Assembly (NCBI GenBank): GCA_965279525.1
Contig: CBDIIB010000005.1
Coordinates: forward strand, 224,001 to 288,000
Reading direction: 5' to 3'
DNA from: Tagaea sp.
Lineage (GTDB): Bacteria > Pseudomonadota > Alphaproteobacteria > CACIAM-22H2
DNA length: 64,000 nucleotides
Shown: piece by piece, positions 19,821 through 29,192 of the stretch
How positions within the stretch are numbered: the stretch's first letter is position 1
How the letters are laid out: each line of letters begins with the position of its first letter
Made by a program: the position numbers and the translations under genes
Notes under the pieces: model-generated
The model's database searches: none
Told to the model about the DNA's origin: nothing
The model's input: only the letters and a program-made list of their open reading frames with translations

Positions 19821-20737
19821 GCGAGGTGCTTCTTGAAGAAGCCGATCGTCCGGTCCCAGGCGAGCTTGGCGGCGTCTTCCTTGTAGCGCGGCGTCGAGTT
19901 GTTGTGGAAACCGTGCTGGGTCCCCGGATAGACGTGCTTCTCGTGCACGACGCCGGCCGCCTTCAGCCCCGTCTCGAAGGCCGGCCACATCTCGTTGATG
20001 CGCGCGTCGTCCTCGGCGTACTGGACCATCAGTGCCGCCTTGATCGCGGGGATCGAAGCCGTATCGGCGGCCGGTCCATAGAACGGGACGCCCGCGTTCA
20101 TGTCGGCGCCAAGCGTTGCGGCGAGGAAGTTCGTCGCACCCCCGCCCCAGCAGAAGCCCGTCACGCCGAGCTTGCGGGTGGAGAGCGCGTGCGTCTTCAC
20201 GAAGCGGGCACTGTTGACCATGTCGGTGCGCAGCTTCGCCTGGTCGAGGCCGGCCTGGAGGGTGCGCCCGTCGTCGTCGTTGCCGGGATAGCCGCCGACC
20301 GGCGACAGCCCGTCGGGGGCGAGTGCCAGGAAGCCCTCGGTCGCGGCGCGACGTGCCACGTCCTCGATATAGGGGTTGAGGCCGCGGTTCTCGTGGATGA
20401 CCAGCACGGCCGGGAACGGGCCGGTGCCGGCGGGCTGCACGAGATAGCCGCGCATCGTGCCAGACGAACCGCCCGGCGACGGGTACGAAACGTAGGTGGC
20501 CTTGATGCGCGGATCGGTGAAGGAGATGGTCTGGGCCTGCGCGTAGCGCGGCAGAAGTGCCTGCGCCATCGCAAGTCCGCCGACGGTCACCGCCGCGGCG
20601 CGCTGCAGGAAGGTCCGGCGGTCCATGCCGCCATGGCAGTATTCGTCGTAAAGCTCGAACACGCGCCGGTCGATGTCGCCCTGGGTCAGGACCGGCGTCA
20701 TCTCGGGCGCCACGGCGACGTTCAACTGCTGGGTCAT
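19817..20737 (-). CDS. Dienelactone hydrolase family protein (YghX-like), Tat-like RR motif
   Basis: LYDEYCHG, DRRTFL, HENRGLNPYIED, GFCWGG, HGFHN. Confidence 0.92.
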   Translation of the reverse strand: MTQQLNVAVAPEMTPVLTQGDIDRRVFELYDEYCHGGMDRRTFLQRAAAVTVGGLAMAQALLPRYAQAQTISFTDPRIKATYVSYPSPGGSSGTMRGYLVQPAGTGPFPAVLVIHENRGLNPYIEDVARRAATEGFLALAPDGLSPVGGYPGNDDDGRTLQAGLDQAKLRTDMVNSARFVKTHALSTRKLGVTGFCWGGGATNFLAATLGADMNAGVPFYGPAADTASIPAIKAALMVQYAEDDARINEMWPAFETGLKAAGVVHEKHVYPGTQHGFHNNSTPRYKEDAAKLAWDRTIGFFKKHLA

Positions 20738-20952
20738 TGGGGGGCATCCTCCACGGGGTTCGGCGTTTGCGCCGATCGGAGGCATATTATATCGCCACTT
20801 TGCATACGGGAAGCGGGGGGACGCCGGTGCACGTCGTCGCGGCCCTGTCCCGATTTCCGGTACCGCTAAATTTCCCGTAGCGACTTCCGCCTTATGCTAC
20901 TTTCGTAAGGTAAGGCCCGGAGAATCGATAGGGCCGCTGGAGACGCACGAAC

Positions 20953-23091
20953 GTGGCATTCGGAGCTTTACGCGGCCGCGAGATCCTGGCCGGGATTGGC
21001 ATCTTGGCCGCGGGTGCGGGGCTGCTCGCCGCCCTGTTCTATCGCGAACTCGACATGATCCTCGATACGGCGTCGGACGAGGCGCGCGTCACCCTCGAGC
21101 AGATGGCCGACGAGGCCGGCGACATTTTCCGCCCGGCGGTCGACCTGATCGCCACCGTCGACGATGCCGCCCTCATGCGGCTCGACCGCGCCGAGGCGCG
21201 GCGTACCTTCGAAGCGGTCGCACAAGGCCCCGTCCAGCGCGCAGGCACGTTCAATTCGCTCTATGTCGGATTTCCGAACGGCGAGTTCTGGCAGCAGCGC
21301 GAGGTGCGCCCGGCCTTCCTCGACAACAAGGAACTCGAGGGCGCCGTGCATGCGCGCGGCTACCGGCGCGCGATCGTCGCGACCTCCGAAGGCCTGAAAT
21401 CCAACTGGTACTATTTCTCCGCGACGCGGGGTGACTGGGTCGAGGTCCCCGAGCCCGGGGCCAACTACGATCCGCGGACCCGTCCGTGGTATGCGGCCGC
21501 CCTCAAGAGCGGAAAGCCGGTCTGGACCGAGCCCTACCGCACGGCATCGTCCGACGATTTCGCGATCACGCTCGCCAGCCGCCTGACGAACCGCGACGGG
21601 ACGGTCTGGGGCGTGGCGGCAATCGATTTCCTCGTGGCGCCGCTCAACGCGGCACTCGCGCGCTGGAAGGCCGACCGCATTCCGCCCAGCTCCACGTTGC
21701 AGGTCGTCGACATGGCCGGCAACATCGTCGCCCGTCCGCCGGGCGGACCGGCCGGCGGGACGACGGCCGAGAAGGCGCTTGCCGCCCTGTCGCGCAACGG
21801 GAAGATCGACGGCAACCGGGTCGACATCGAAGGCAAGCCCCATCTCGTCGCGGTCGCTCCGCTCGGCCGCGCCCTCGACCTGCCGCTCGTCGTCGCCGTC
21901 GCGATCCCGCTCGACGTGCTGACCGACAAGGCGGTTGCCGCCTTGCGCGTCAATGCCGCGATCCTCGCCGGAATCCTCCTCGTCCTGGCCGCGATCGCGG
22001 GTTATGCCGTCAAGATGCGCGGCGTGGCGCGCGACATCGGCGCCATGGAGCGGCTGACGCACCGCATCGCCGACGGCGAGCTCGACATCGGCGTGGAAGG
22101 AACGCGGCGCACGGACGCGATCGGCGGCCTGTCGCGCTCGGTCGAGGTCCTGCGCAAGAACTCGCTTGCCCAGCGCGAGATGCAGGCCAAGGAACGCGAG
22201 CTCGCCGAGCACCTTTCCCGGATGGCCGAACGGGTCGCCGAATCCGTCGACGCCATCCGCAGTGCCGCCAGCGAGATATCGCAGGGCAGCGACGACCTTG
22301 CCGCGCGAACCGAGCGGCAGGCATCCACGCTCCAGCAGACCGTCGCGACGATGTCGGAGATATCGGCGACGGTCTCGACCAATGCCGGGAATTCGGATCT
22401 CGCGCGCCGCCTTGCCGCCGACGCGCTGGCGCGCGCGGAAGCCGGCGGCAGTGCCGTGTCGAGCGTCGTCGGCGCCATGTCGGGCATCGAAGGCTCGTCC
22501 TCGCGGATTTCCGAGATCATCCAGGTGATGGAAGAGATCTCGTTCCAGACCAAGCTGCTCGCCCTCAACGCCGCGGTCGAGGCGGCGCGCGCGGGCGAAT
22601 CCGGCAAGGGTTTCGCGGTCGTGGCCCAGGAAGTGCGCTCGCTCGCCGACCGCTCGCGCCAGGCCTCCCAGCAGATCCGCCGTCTGATCGCCGAGAGCTC
22701 GCGCGAAGTGGGCGAAGGCGTGCGCCTTGCCGGAGCGGCGGGCGAAGCGCTGACCAGCATCATCGAGATCGTGCGCAAGGTGTCCGAAGTGGCGCCCGAG
22801 ATCGCCGCCGGCAGCCGCGAGCAGGCGCACAGCATCGCCGAGATCGTCAAGGCGATCGGCGACCTCGACGCCGCGACGCAGCAGAACGCCGCACTGGTCG
22901 AGGAAAGCTCCGCGTCGGCGGCCTCGCTTGCCGAGCAGGCCGGCCAGCTTGTCGCCGTCGTGGCCGGATTCCGTGGCGGTGGCGACCCGCCGCCGTCAAC
23001 GGCGACGCCACCTGCCGCAGCCGCGAAACCCAAGGCACCGGAGAAAAAGGCGCCCGCGTTGCGCGAAGACGACTGGGGCGACGAGTTCTAG
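20953..23091 (+). CDS. Methyl-accepting chemotaxis protein with dCache sensor
   Basis: TM1, YDPRTRPWY...WTEPY (dCache), TM2, [28 protein letters not shown] hairpin tip; GTG start. Confidence 0.93.
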   Translation: MAFGALRGREILAGIGILAAGAGLLAALFYRELDMILDTASDEARVTLEQMADEAGDIFRPAVDLIATVDDAALMRLDRAEARRTFEAVAQGPVQRAGTFNSLYVGFPNGEFWQQREVRPAFLDNKELEGAVHARGYRRAIVATSEGLKSNWYYFSATRGDWVEVPEPGANYDPRTRPWYAAALKSGKPVWTEPYRTASSDDFAITLASRLTNRDGTVWGVAAIDFLVAPLNAALARWKADRIPPSSTLQVVDMAGNIVARPPGGPAGGTTAEKALAALSRNGKIDGNRVDIEGKPHLVAVAPLGRALDLPLVVAVAIPLDVLTDKAVAALRVNAAILAGILLVLAAIAGYAVKMRGVARDIGAMERLTHRIADGELDIGVEGTRRTDAIGGLSRSVEVLRKNSLAQREMQAKERELAEHLSRMAERVAESVDAIRSAASEISQGSDDLAARTERQASTLQQTVATMSEISATVSTNAGNSDLARRLAADALARAEAGGSAVSSVVGAMSGIEGSSSRISEIIQVMEEISFQTKLLALNAAVEAARAGESGKGFAVVAQEVRSLADRSRQASQQIRRLIAESSREVGEGVRLAGAAGEALTSIIEIVRKVSEVAPEIAAGSREQAHSIAEIVKAIGDLDAATQQNAALVEESSASAASLAEQAGQLVAVVAGFRGGGDPPPSTATPPAAAAKPKAPEKKAPALREDDWGDEF

Positions 23092-23118
23092 GAACCCCTC
23101 GCCCCAGCCTGTCGCGGT

Positions 23119-25161
23119 TTACGACGCCCGGATGCGGGCGATGAAGGCATCCACCTTCGCGCCGAGCGCTTCGGATTGGGTCGACAGTTCGCCCGACGCA
23201 CCGAGCACCTGACCGGCCGCCGCACCCGTATCGGTCGCGGCCTTGGTGACGCCGGTGATGTTCGAGGAAACCTCGTTGGTTCCCGCCGCCGCCTGCTGGA
23301 CGTTGCGGGCGATTTCCTGGGTCGCGGCTCCCTGCTCTTCGACGGCCGAAGCGATGGCCGCCGCGATCTCGTTGATCCGCCCGATCGTCTCGGTGATGCC
23401 CTGGATCGCCTGGACCGAATCCGCGGTGGCACCCTGGATCGACGTCACCTGTGCCGAGATCTCGTCGGTCGCCTTGGCCGTCTGGTTGGCCAGGCTCTTC
23501 ACTTCCGAGGCCACGACCGCGAAGCCCTTGCCCGCCTCGCCGGCGCGCGCCGCCTCGATCGTGGCGTTGAGCGCCAGCAGGTTCGTCTGCCCGGCGATCC
23601 CGTTGATGAGCTTCACCACGTCGCCGATCTTCTGTGCGGCTTCCGCCAGCGCCTTGACCTGGTCGTTGGTGCGCCCGGCATCGGCGACCGCCTGTCCGGA
23701 TATCTTGGCGGATTCAGCGACCTGACGGCTGATCTCGCTGATCGACGAGGAAAGCTCCTCCGCCGCCGAGGCGACCGTCTGCACGTTCGTGGAAGCCTGC
23801 TCGGACGCGGCCGCGACGGCGCCGGCCTGCCGGCTCGTCTCCTCGGCCGTGGCCGACATCGACTGGGCCGTGCTCTGCAGCTCGGTCGACGCCGAAGCGA
23901 CCATCTGGACGATGCCCTTCACCGACGATTCGAAATCGTCGGCCATCTTGTTCATCGTCGCCTTCTTGTCGACTTCGGCGCGCCGCTTCATTTCTTCCTG
24001 CTCGGCGCGCAGGCGGTCGGCCTCGATCATCTTGTCCTTGAACACCTGCACCGCACCGGCCATCTTGCCGATCTCGTCGGTGCGGCCCTGGGCCGGGATC
24101 TCGACCGACTTGTCGCCGCCGGCGAGCTTCTCCATCGCCGAGGTCATGTTGACGACCGGGCCGGCAATGCCGCCGCCCAGCAGCCATGCGATGACGAGGC
24201 CGAACACGAAGGCGCCGACCGACAGGCCGATCGTCGTCGTGATCGTCGTATCGATCAGGCTGTTGGTGCTGGCGTCGATTTCGGCAAGCGATTTCGACTG
24301 GAAATCGGCGATGCGCGCCATGGCGGCGGCGACGCTTTCGGCGAGCTGGGCCATCGTCTCGCCGACCTGCTTCTGGACCGCGAACGACTGGGTGGCAACA
24401 CTCGCGAAGGCCGTCTCGTATGTCTTCATCAGCGCGCGCGTTTCCTGGATGAGCTGGCGGCGCGCCGGGTTCTGCAGGCGCTGGAGGAGTTCGGCCGACG
24501 ATTTGTCGAATGTCTCCTGCCATTGCTTGATCGATTCGACGAGCCTCGGGTCCGGGCGGGCGATGAAGCGGTTGGCGTTGAGGCGGACCTGCATCAAGGC
24601 TTCCTGCGTGAGGCCCGCAAGGGCCGCGGCTTCCATGTCGCGGTCGGCCATGGCGCTGCGGATAACGCCGGTCAAGTCTTCGCGCGCCTTGGCGCCCGAG
24701 GGATTGAGCGTGTCCACGACGAGCTTGTCGAGCGTCGTGCGCATCTCGCGCAACCTGCCGAAACCGGCGACATACTCGTCGAGGGTCTTGCCGGTGGCGA
24801 GGATCTGGGCGCGGCGCTCGGGATTGATCAAGGCGGCCGCGACGAATTCGATCTGCTTCTTGATGTTGGCCGCGAGCGTGTCGAACTGGGTCGCCACCGC
24901 AGCCTCGCCGGTGTCGGAATAGATATAGGCCGTGCGTCGGAGCTGGACCACGTCGCGGTCGATTGCTGCGACCCTGAGCGTGTTCGTCGCGATCGTCTGG
25001 TAGGTGCCGAACGCCCCGTCGACATTCCGGAAACCGACGACGCTGACCGTACCGACCACGGCCAGCAGCACGAGGATCACGATGAAGCCGGCCAGCACCT
25101 TGGTGCGCAGTTTCAGGTTGGCGAGTGCCGCAAGTGCTCCGCTCGACGGATTCTGTGCCAC
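23119..25161 (-). CDS. Methyl-accepting chemotaxis protein with helical (HBM-like) sensor
   Basis: Two TMs, HAMP (DEIGKMA), [31 protein letters not shown]; GTG start after GAGGGGG. Confidence 0.93.
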   Translation of the reverse strand: MAQNPSSGALAALANLKLRTKVLAGFIVILVLLAVVGTVSVVGFRNVDGAFGTYQTIATNTLRVAAIDRDVVQLRRTAYIYSDTGEAAVATQFDTLAANIKKQIEFVAAALINPERRAQILATGKTLDEYVAGFGRLREMRTTLDKLVVDTLNPSGAKAREDLTGVIRSAMADRDMEAAALAGLTQEALMQVRLNANRFIARPDPRLVESIKQWQETFDKSSAELLQRLQNPARRQLIQETRALMKTYETAFASVATQSFAVQKQVGETMAQLAESVAAAMARIADFQSKSLAEIDASTNSLIDTTITTTIGLSVGAFVFGLVIAWLLGGGIAGPVVNMTSAMEKLAGGDKSVEIPAQGRTDEIGKMAGAVQVFKDKMIEADRLRAEQEEMKRRAEVDKKATMNKMADDFESSVKGIVQMVASASTELQSTAQSMSATAEETSRQAGAVAAASEQASTNVQTVASAAEELSSSISEISRQVAESAKISGQAVADAGRTNDQVKALAEAAQKIGDVVKLINGIAGQTNLLALNATIEAARAGEAGKGFAVVASEVKSLANQTAKATDEISAQVTSIQGATADSVQAIQGITETIGRINEIAAAIASAVEEQGAATQEIARNVQQAAAGTNEVSSNITGVTKAATDTGAAAGQVLGASGELSTQSEALGAKVDAFIARIRAS

Positions 25162-25227
25162 GTTCGTATCCCCCCTCATGTGGCGGAGTGATCTCCGCCT
25201 GCTGGGGCTACGATGCGCAAAAATTAC

Positions 25228-25242
25228 TGAAGTAAAGGTTAA
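25228..25242 (-). promoter_or_regulatory. Putative CtrA box
   Basis: Minus strand TTAA-CCTTTAC-TTCA, one mismatch to TTAA-N7-TTAA, upstream of the MCP. Confidence 0.55.
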
Positions 25243-25274
25243 CCAGAAAACGCCTCGACAGCACGATTCCGCAC

Positions 25275-26108
25275 TCAGTAGGCGATCTTCGCCACCGCGC
25301 GCAGCTCTTCGGGCGTCGTCGTGGGGAACCCGAAGAACTCGAGATAGGCCGGAATCTGCTCGAACAGCATGTCGAGCCCGACCTGGATGCGGCAGCCGCG
25401 TGCCGTCGCGGCCTCGAGCAGCGGCGTCATCTCCTGTTTCATGACGACCTCGCCCACGAAGGTCGACGCGGCGAGCCGGGAAACATCGAACGGCAGCGGA
25501 TCGCCGGCCTTCATGCCCAACGGCGTGGCGTTGACGACAAGATCGTAGCCGGCCGGATCGCTCGACCCGACGCGGATGTCCAGTTTGGGATAGTGCGCGC
25601 GAAGCCGCGTGCCAAGGGCGGCCGCATTCTCCGGATTGACGTCGTGGAGCCCGATCCCGGCGATCTTCGCGGCCGCCAGCGAGGCCGCGATGGCCGAGCC
25701 CACGCCGCCGCCGCCAACCACCAGGGCCCGGGCCCCGTCGAGGACCAGCCCCTTGCGCTTCACGCCGCGCACGAAGCCTTCGCCGTCGAACATGTCGCCC
25801 GACAGCGTGCCGTCGGCACGCAGCATGATCGCGTTGCAGGCACCGGCGATCTTCACGGCCGTCGACACCTCGTCGAGCAGGCCCACCGTCGTCACCTTGT
25901 GCGGCATGGTGACCAGCGCGCCATGGATGTTCGTCAGCCGGAACAGCAGCTTCAGGAACTGCGGATAGTCTTCGGCGCGGCAGCCCATCGGCACCACGAC
26001 CGCGTCGATGCCGTGCTTCGCGAAATACGGATTGTAGATCATCGGCGCCTTGAAGCTCTCGGTGGGCACGCCGAGATGCGCGATGAGTTTGGTCTTTCCG
26101 CTGATCAT
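25275..26108 (-). CDS. Shikimate dehydrogenase (AroE) family protein
   Basis: VTMPHK, GACN, GGGGVG, VNATPLG, GLDML. Confidence 0.88.
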   Translation of the reverse strand: MISGKTKLIAHLGVPTESFKAPMIYNPYFAKHGIDAVVVPMGCRAEDYPQFLKLLFRLTNIHGALVTMPHKVTTVGLLDEVSTAVKIAGACNAIMLRADGTLSGDMFDGEGFVRGVKRKGLVLDGARALVVGGGGVGSAIAASLAAAKIAGIGLHDVNPENAAALGTRLRAHYPKLDIRVGSSDPAGYDLVVNATPLGMKAGDPLPFDVSRLAASTFVGEVVMKQEMTPLLEAATARGCRIQVGLDMLFEQIPAYLEFFGFPTTTPEELRAVAKIAY

Positions 26109-26208
26109 TCCCGATGCGACTCCGACACGGTTCCGGCCGTCACGCAAAGCTGGCTCCGGCCCCGCGGATCAAATACGATTCGCATTCCCAAGTCACGGAG
26201 CAACCGAC

Positions 26209-26775
26209 ATGGCCGCCCCCTACCGCATCCTCGGCATCGCCGGCAGCCTGCGCGCAAAGTCCTTCAACCGGGCATTGCTGGCCCACGCGCAGAAGAACGC
26301 CCCCGCCTCGCTTGCCATCGACATCCACGACCTCGCGGGCGTGCCGCTCTTCGACCAGGACGTCGAGGCGAAGGGCTTTCCGGATGCGGTCGCGCGGTTG
26401 CAGGCGGCCGTGGGGGCCGCCGACGGCGTGCTGATCGCGACGCCGGAGTACAATTCCGGCATCCCGGGCGTGCTCAAGAACGCGCTCGACTGGATGTCGC
26501 GCCCGCCACACAAATCGACATGCACGGGCAAGCCGGTCGCGGTGATGGGTACTTCGCCCGGCATGGGCGGCACGCTGCGCGTCCAGGTCGTCATGCGGCC
26601 GGTCCTGGCGGGCATGGGCATGGTGCAGATGGTCGGCGCCGACACGGCCGTTCCCGGGGCCGGCACCGCCTTCGACGCCGAGGGCAATCTCGTCGACGAG
26701 AAGGCGCGGGCGGCGGTCGGCCGGACGCTCGGTGCGCTCGCGGCCTGGATCGCGCGGCTGCAGCCCAGGGGCTAG
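26209..26775 (+). CDS. NADPH-dependent FMN reductase (ChrR/SsuE-like)
   Basis: GSLRAKSFN, ATPEYNSGIPGVLKNALDW, GKPVA. Confidence 0.92.
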   Translation: MAAPYRILGIAGSLRAKSFNRALLAHAQKNAPASLAIDIHDLAGVPLFDQDVEAKGFPDAVARLQAAVGAADGVLIATPEYNSGIPGVLKNALDWMSRPPHKSTCTGKPVAVMGTSPGMGGTLRVQVVMRPVLAGMGMVQMVGADTAVPGAGTAFDAEGNLVDEKARAAVGRTLGALAAWIARLQPRG

Positions 26776-27584
26776 GCCGCGGCGACCTCGTCGGTCCACA
26801 CGCGGAACGACGCCAGCGTCGTCATCCCGAAACTGTTGGAGAGCGGCACGTCTGCGGCATCGCGCCCACGGCCGATCAGCACGCGCCCGATGCGCGGCAC
26901 GTTGTGGCGCGCGTCGAACGTGTACCAGCGGTGATCGAGATAGGCCTCGAACCACGCGCTGAAATCCATCGGCGCCGGGTCGGCCGGAACGCCGATGTCG
27001 CCAAGGTAGCCCGTGCAGTAGCGCGCCGGAATGTTCATGCAGCGGCAGAACGCGACCGCCAGATGCGCGAAGTCGCGGCAAACGCCAGTCCCTTCGGCGT
27101 AGACGTCGGCCGCCGACTTGGTCGAGCGGGCCTGCATATAGTCGAAGCGGATGTGGTTGTGGACGAAATCGCAGATCGCTTGCACGCGCCCCCAACCCAT
27201 CGGCGCGTTGGCGAACAGCGCCCAGGCGATTTCCGACAGCTTGTCGGTCTCGCAGTACCGGCTGCCGAGCAGGTAGACGAGCTGCTCGGACGGCAAATAG
27301 CGCACGTCGATCTGGTGGGCGTTGGGTGCGAAATCGTCCGGCACGCGCGGATCGGCGATGAACGCGTCGCCGGTAAGGCGCACGAGGCCGGCGGGTGCCG
27401 TGATCCGGCTGCACAGGTTGCCGAAACCGTCGATATAGGACTGCACCGGTACGTCGGGCGAAACGCCGATGAGATCGGGTGCCGCCAGATCGTTCTCGCG
27501 CGACGGGTGGACGCGCAGCATCAGCAGCATCGGCGTGGGCTGCGGGCACTGGTAGGCGATGTCGTAGCCGAGACGGATCCGCAT
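26772..27584 (-). CDS. Transglutaminase-like family protein
   Basis: SRYCETD, GVCRDFAH, PARYCTGYL, DFSAWFE, TFDAR, GRDAADV. Confidence 0.92.
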   Translation of the reverse strand: MRIRLGYDIAYQCPQPTPMLLMLRVHPSRENDLAAPDLIGVSPDVPVQSYIDGFGNLCSRITAPAGLVRLTGDAFIADPRVPDDFAPNAHQIDVRYLPSEQLVYLLGSRYCETDKLSEIAWALFANAPMGWGRVQAICDFVHNHIRFDYMQARSTKSAADVYAEGTGVCRDFAHLAVAFCRCMNIPARYCTGYLGDIGVPADPAPMDFSAWFEAYLDHRWYTFDARHNVPRIGRVLIGRGRDAADVPLSNSFGMTTLASFRVWTDEVAAA

Positions 27585-27627
27585 CGGGTCCTCCGGTTGT
27601 CCCTTGTGACCGCGTCCGAAATCCGGA

Positions 27628-28374
27628 CTACGGCATGATCTCGCCGCCGTTGGGGTGCAGGAGCTGGCCGCAGAAATAGGCCGACGCGTCGGATGCCAGG
27701 AACACGAAGCTCGGTGTCATGTCGTCGGGCTGGCCGAGCCGCTTGAGCGGCAATGCTGCCGCGTGCGCGCGCTTGGCGGCCTGCGACAGCGGATCGAAGC
27801 CGGTATCCACCAGCCCCGGCGCCACGCCGTTGACGAGGATGCCCGCCGGCGCAAGTTCCTTTGCCAGCGCGCGCGTGAAGCCGATCAACCCGGCCTTGGC
27901 CGCACTATAGGCCGTGTAGTCCGCCCGGCCGATGTAACCCAGCTGCGAGCACACGTTGATGATGCGCCCCTGCCGGCGCGGCTTCATCGCGCGGGCGGCC
28001 GCACGCGCGCACAAGAACGCGCCGCGCAGATGGACTGCCATCATCCTGTCCCAGTCGGCGAGCGACATCCTGTCGATGGGCTGCGATTTCTGGATGCCCG
28101 CGTTGTTGACGAGGATGTCGAGCCGGCCGAAGCGCTTGCGGTGTGCCGCGAACAGGCTGGCGACCTGCTTCTCGTCAGTCACGTCGGCACGCACGGCGAT
28201 CGCGGAGCCGCCCATGCGCACGATCGCGCGGACCGTGCGCTCGGCCGCTTCGGGCCCGGCGAACCACGCGACGGTCACGTCCGCCCCCTCGCGCGCAAAG
28301 GCAAGCGCCACCTCGCGGCCGATTCCGGTATTGCCGCCGGTCACGAGAGCCTTCTTGCCCGCAAGCTGTCCCAA
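27628..28374 (-). CDS. Short-chain dehydrogenase/reductase
   Basis: TGGNTGIG, NNAG, YSAAK; TTG start after GAAGGAG. Confidence 0.92.
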   Translation of the reverse strand: MGQLAGKKALVTGGNTGIGREVALAFAREGADVTVAWFAGPEAAERTVRAIVRMGGSAIAVRADVTDEKQVASLFAAHRKRFGRLDILVNNAGIQKSQPIDRMSLADWDRMMAVHLRGAFLCARAAARAMKPRRQGRIINVCSQLGYIGRADYTAYSAAKAGLIGFTRALAKELAPAGILVNGVAPGLVDTGFDPLSQAAKRAHAAALPLKRLGQPDDMTPSFVFLASDASAYFCGQLLHPNGGEIMP

Positions 28375-28385
28375 CGCGTTCTCCT

Positions 28386-29114
28386 TCAGGCGATCTCGGC
28401 GAACAGGCGGCCCCAGCCGCGCACGCGCGACGGCGGCACGCCGACCTTGCGCAGCCCGTCCCACACGGCCGTCGCCACCGTATCGTAGATCGGGATGCCG
28501 AGTTCCTTTTCCAGCGCTTCGACGACCGGGCCGCCGCGCATGTTGGTGCAGAAGACCGTTATCGCATCGGGCTTCGCGATTGCAACCTCCCGAACGAGTT
28601 GTGCGATGCGCTCTTGCGTATACTCGGCGAACGAAAAATTGCCACGATCGCGCAGATGGCGCTCGGCGACGACTTCGAAGCCTTCGGCCGCGAAGTTGGC
28701 GGCGATCTTCGTCTGGATCTCGTCGAGATAGGGTGTGACGAAACCCAGCCGGCGCGCGCGCGTCGTGCGCAGGATTTCGGCGAGTGCCAACACCGAGGTT
28801 CCGGCCTTGATGCCGGTCGTCGCCTCGATTGAAGCACAAAGCCGCCGGTCGGCCTCGAAGCCGAGCCAGCCCGACGACGTGCCGTTCCACACGATGGCGC
28901 CCACCTTCGCGTCGGCGAGCAGGCCGGCGGCCGCCAGGATCGGCGCTTCGTCGAACTGTGCCAGCGCCAAAGCACCCAGCGAGATCTCCGTCACGCGGAA
29001 TCGGCCGAAATGCGCGGTCACGTCCGGCAGGTCGGCCAGCATCGCCGCGGTCACGGGTTCGAGGACCGTGTTCGACGAAGGCGTGAGCATCCCGATGCGT
29101 TTGCGCGTTTCCAT
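28386..29114 (-). CDS. Asp/Glu racemase superfamily protein (maleate isomerase/AMDase-like)
   Basis: IGMLTPSSNTVLEP, WNGTS, VTPY, FCTN. Confidence 0.88.
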   Translation of the reverse strand: METRKRIGMLTPSSNTVLEPVTAAMLADLPDVTAHFGRFRVTEISLGALALAQFDEAPILAAAGLLADAKVGAIVWNGTSSGWLGFEADRRLCASIEATTGIKAGTSVLALAEILRTTRARRLGFVTPYLDEIQTKIAANFAAEGFEVVAERHLRDRGNFSFAEYTQERIAQLVREVAIAKPDAITVFCTNMRGGPVVEALEKELGIPIYDTVATAVWDGLRKVGVPPSRVRGWGRLFAEIA

Positions 29115-29192
29115 GGTTCCATCCGCTGGCGTGCCGCCGTCTGGCACGCAATTTCCATACCCGAGCCGGAGACGAACCGATAGGTTGGCGGA

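Noticed and set aside
18624-20747. 707-aa hydrolase-MFS fusion ORF
   Set aside because: The N-terminal half is an alternate frame of the dienelactone hydrolase gene, which has its own stop at 19817
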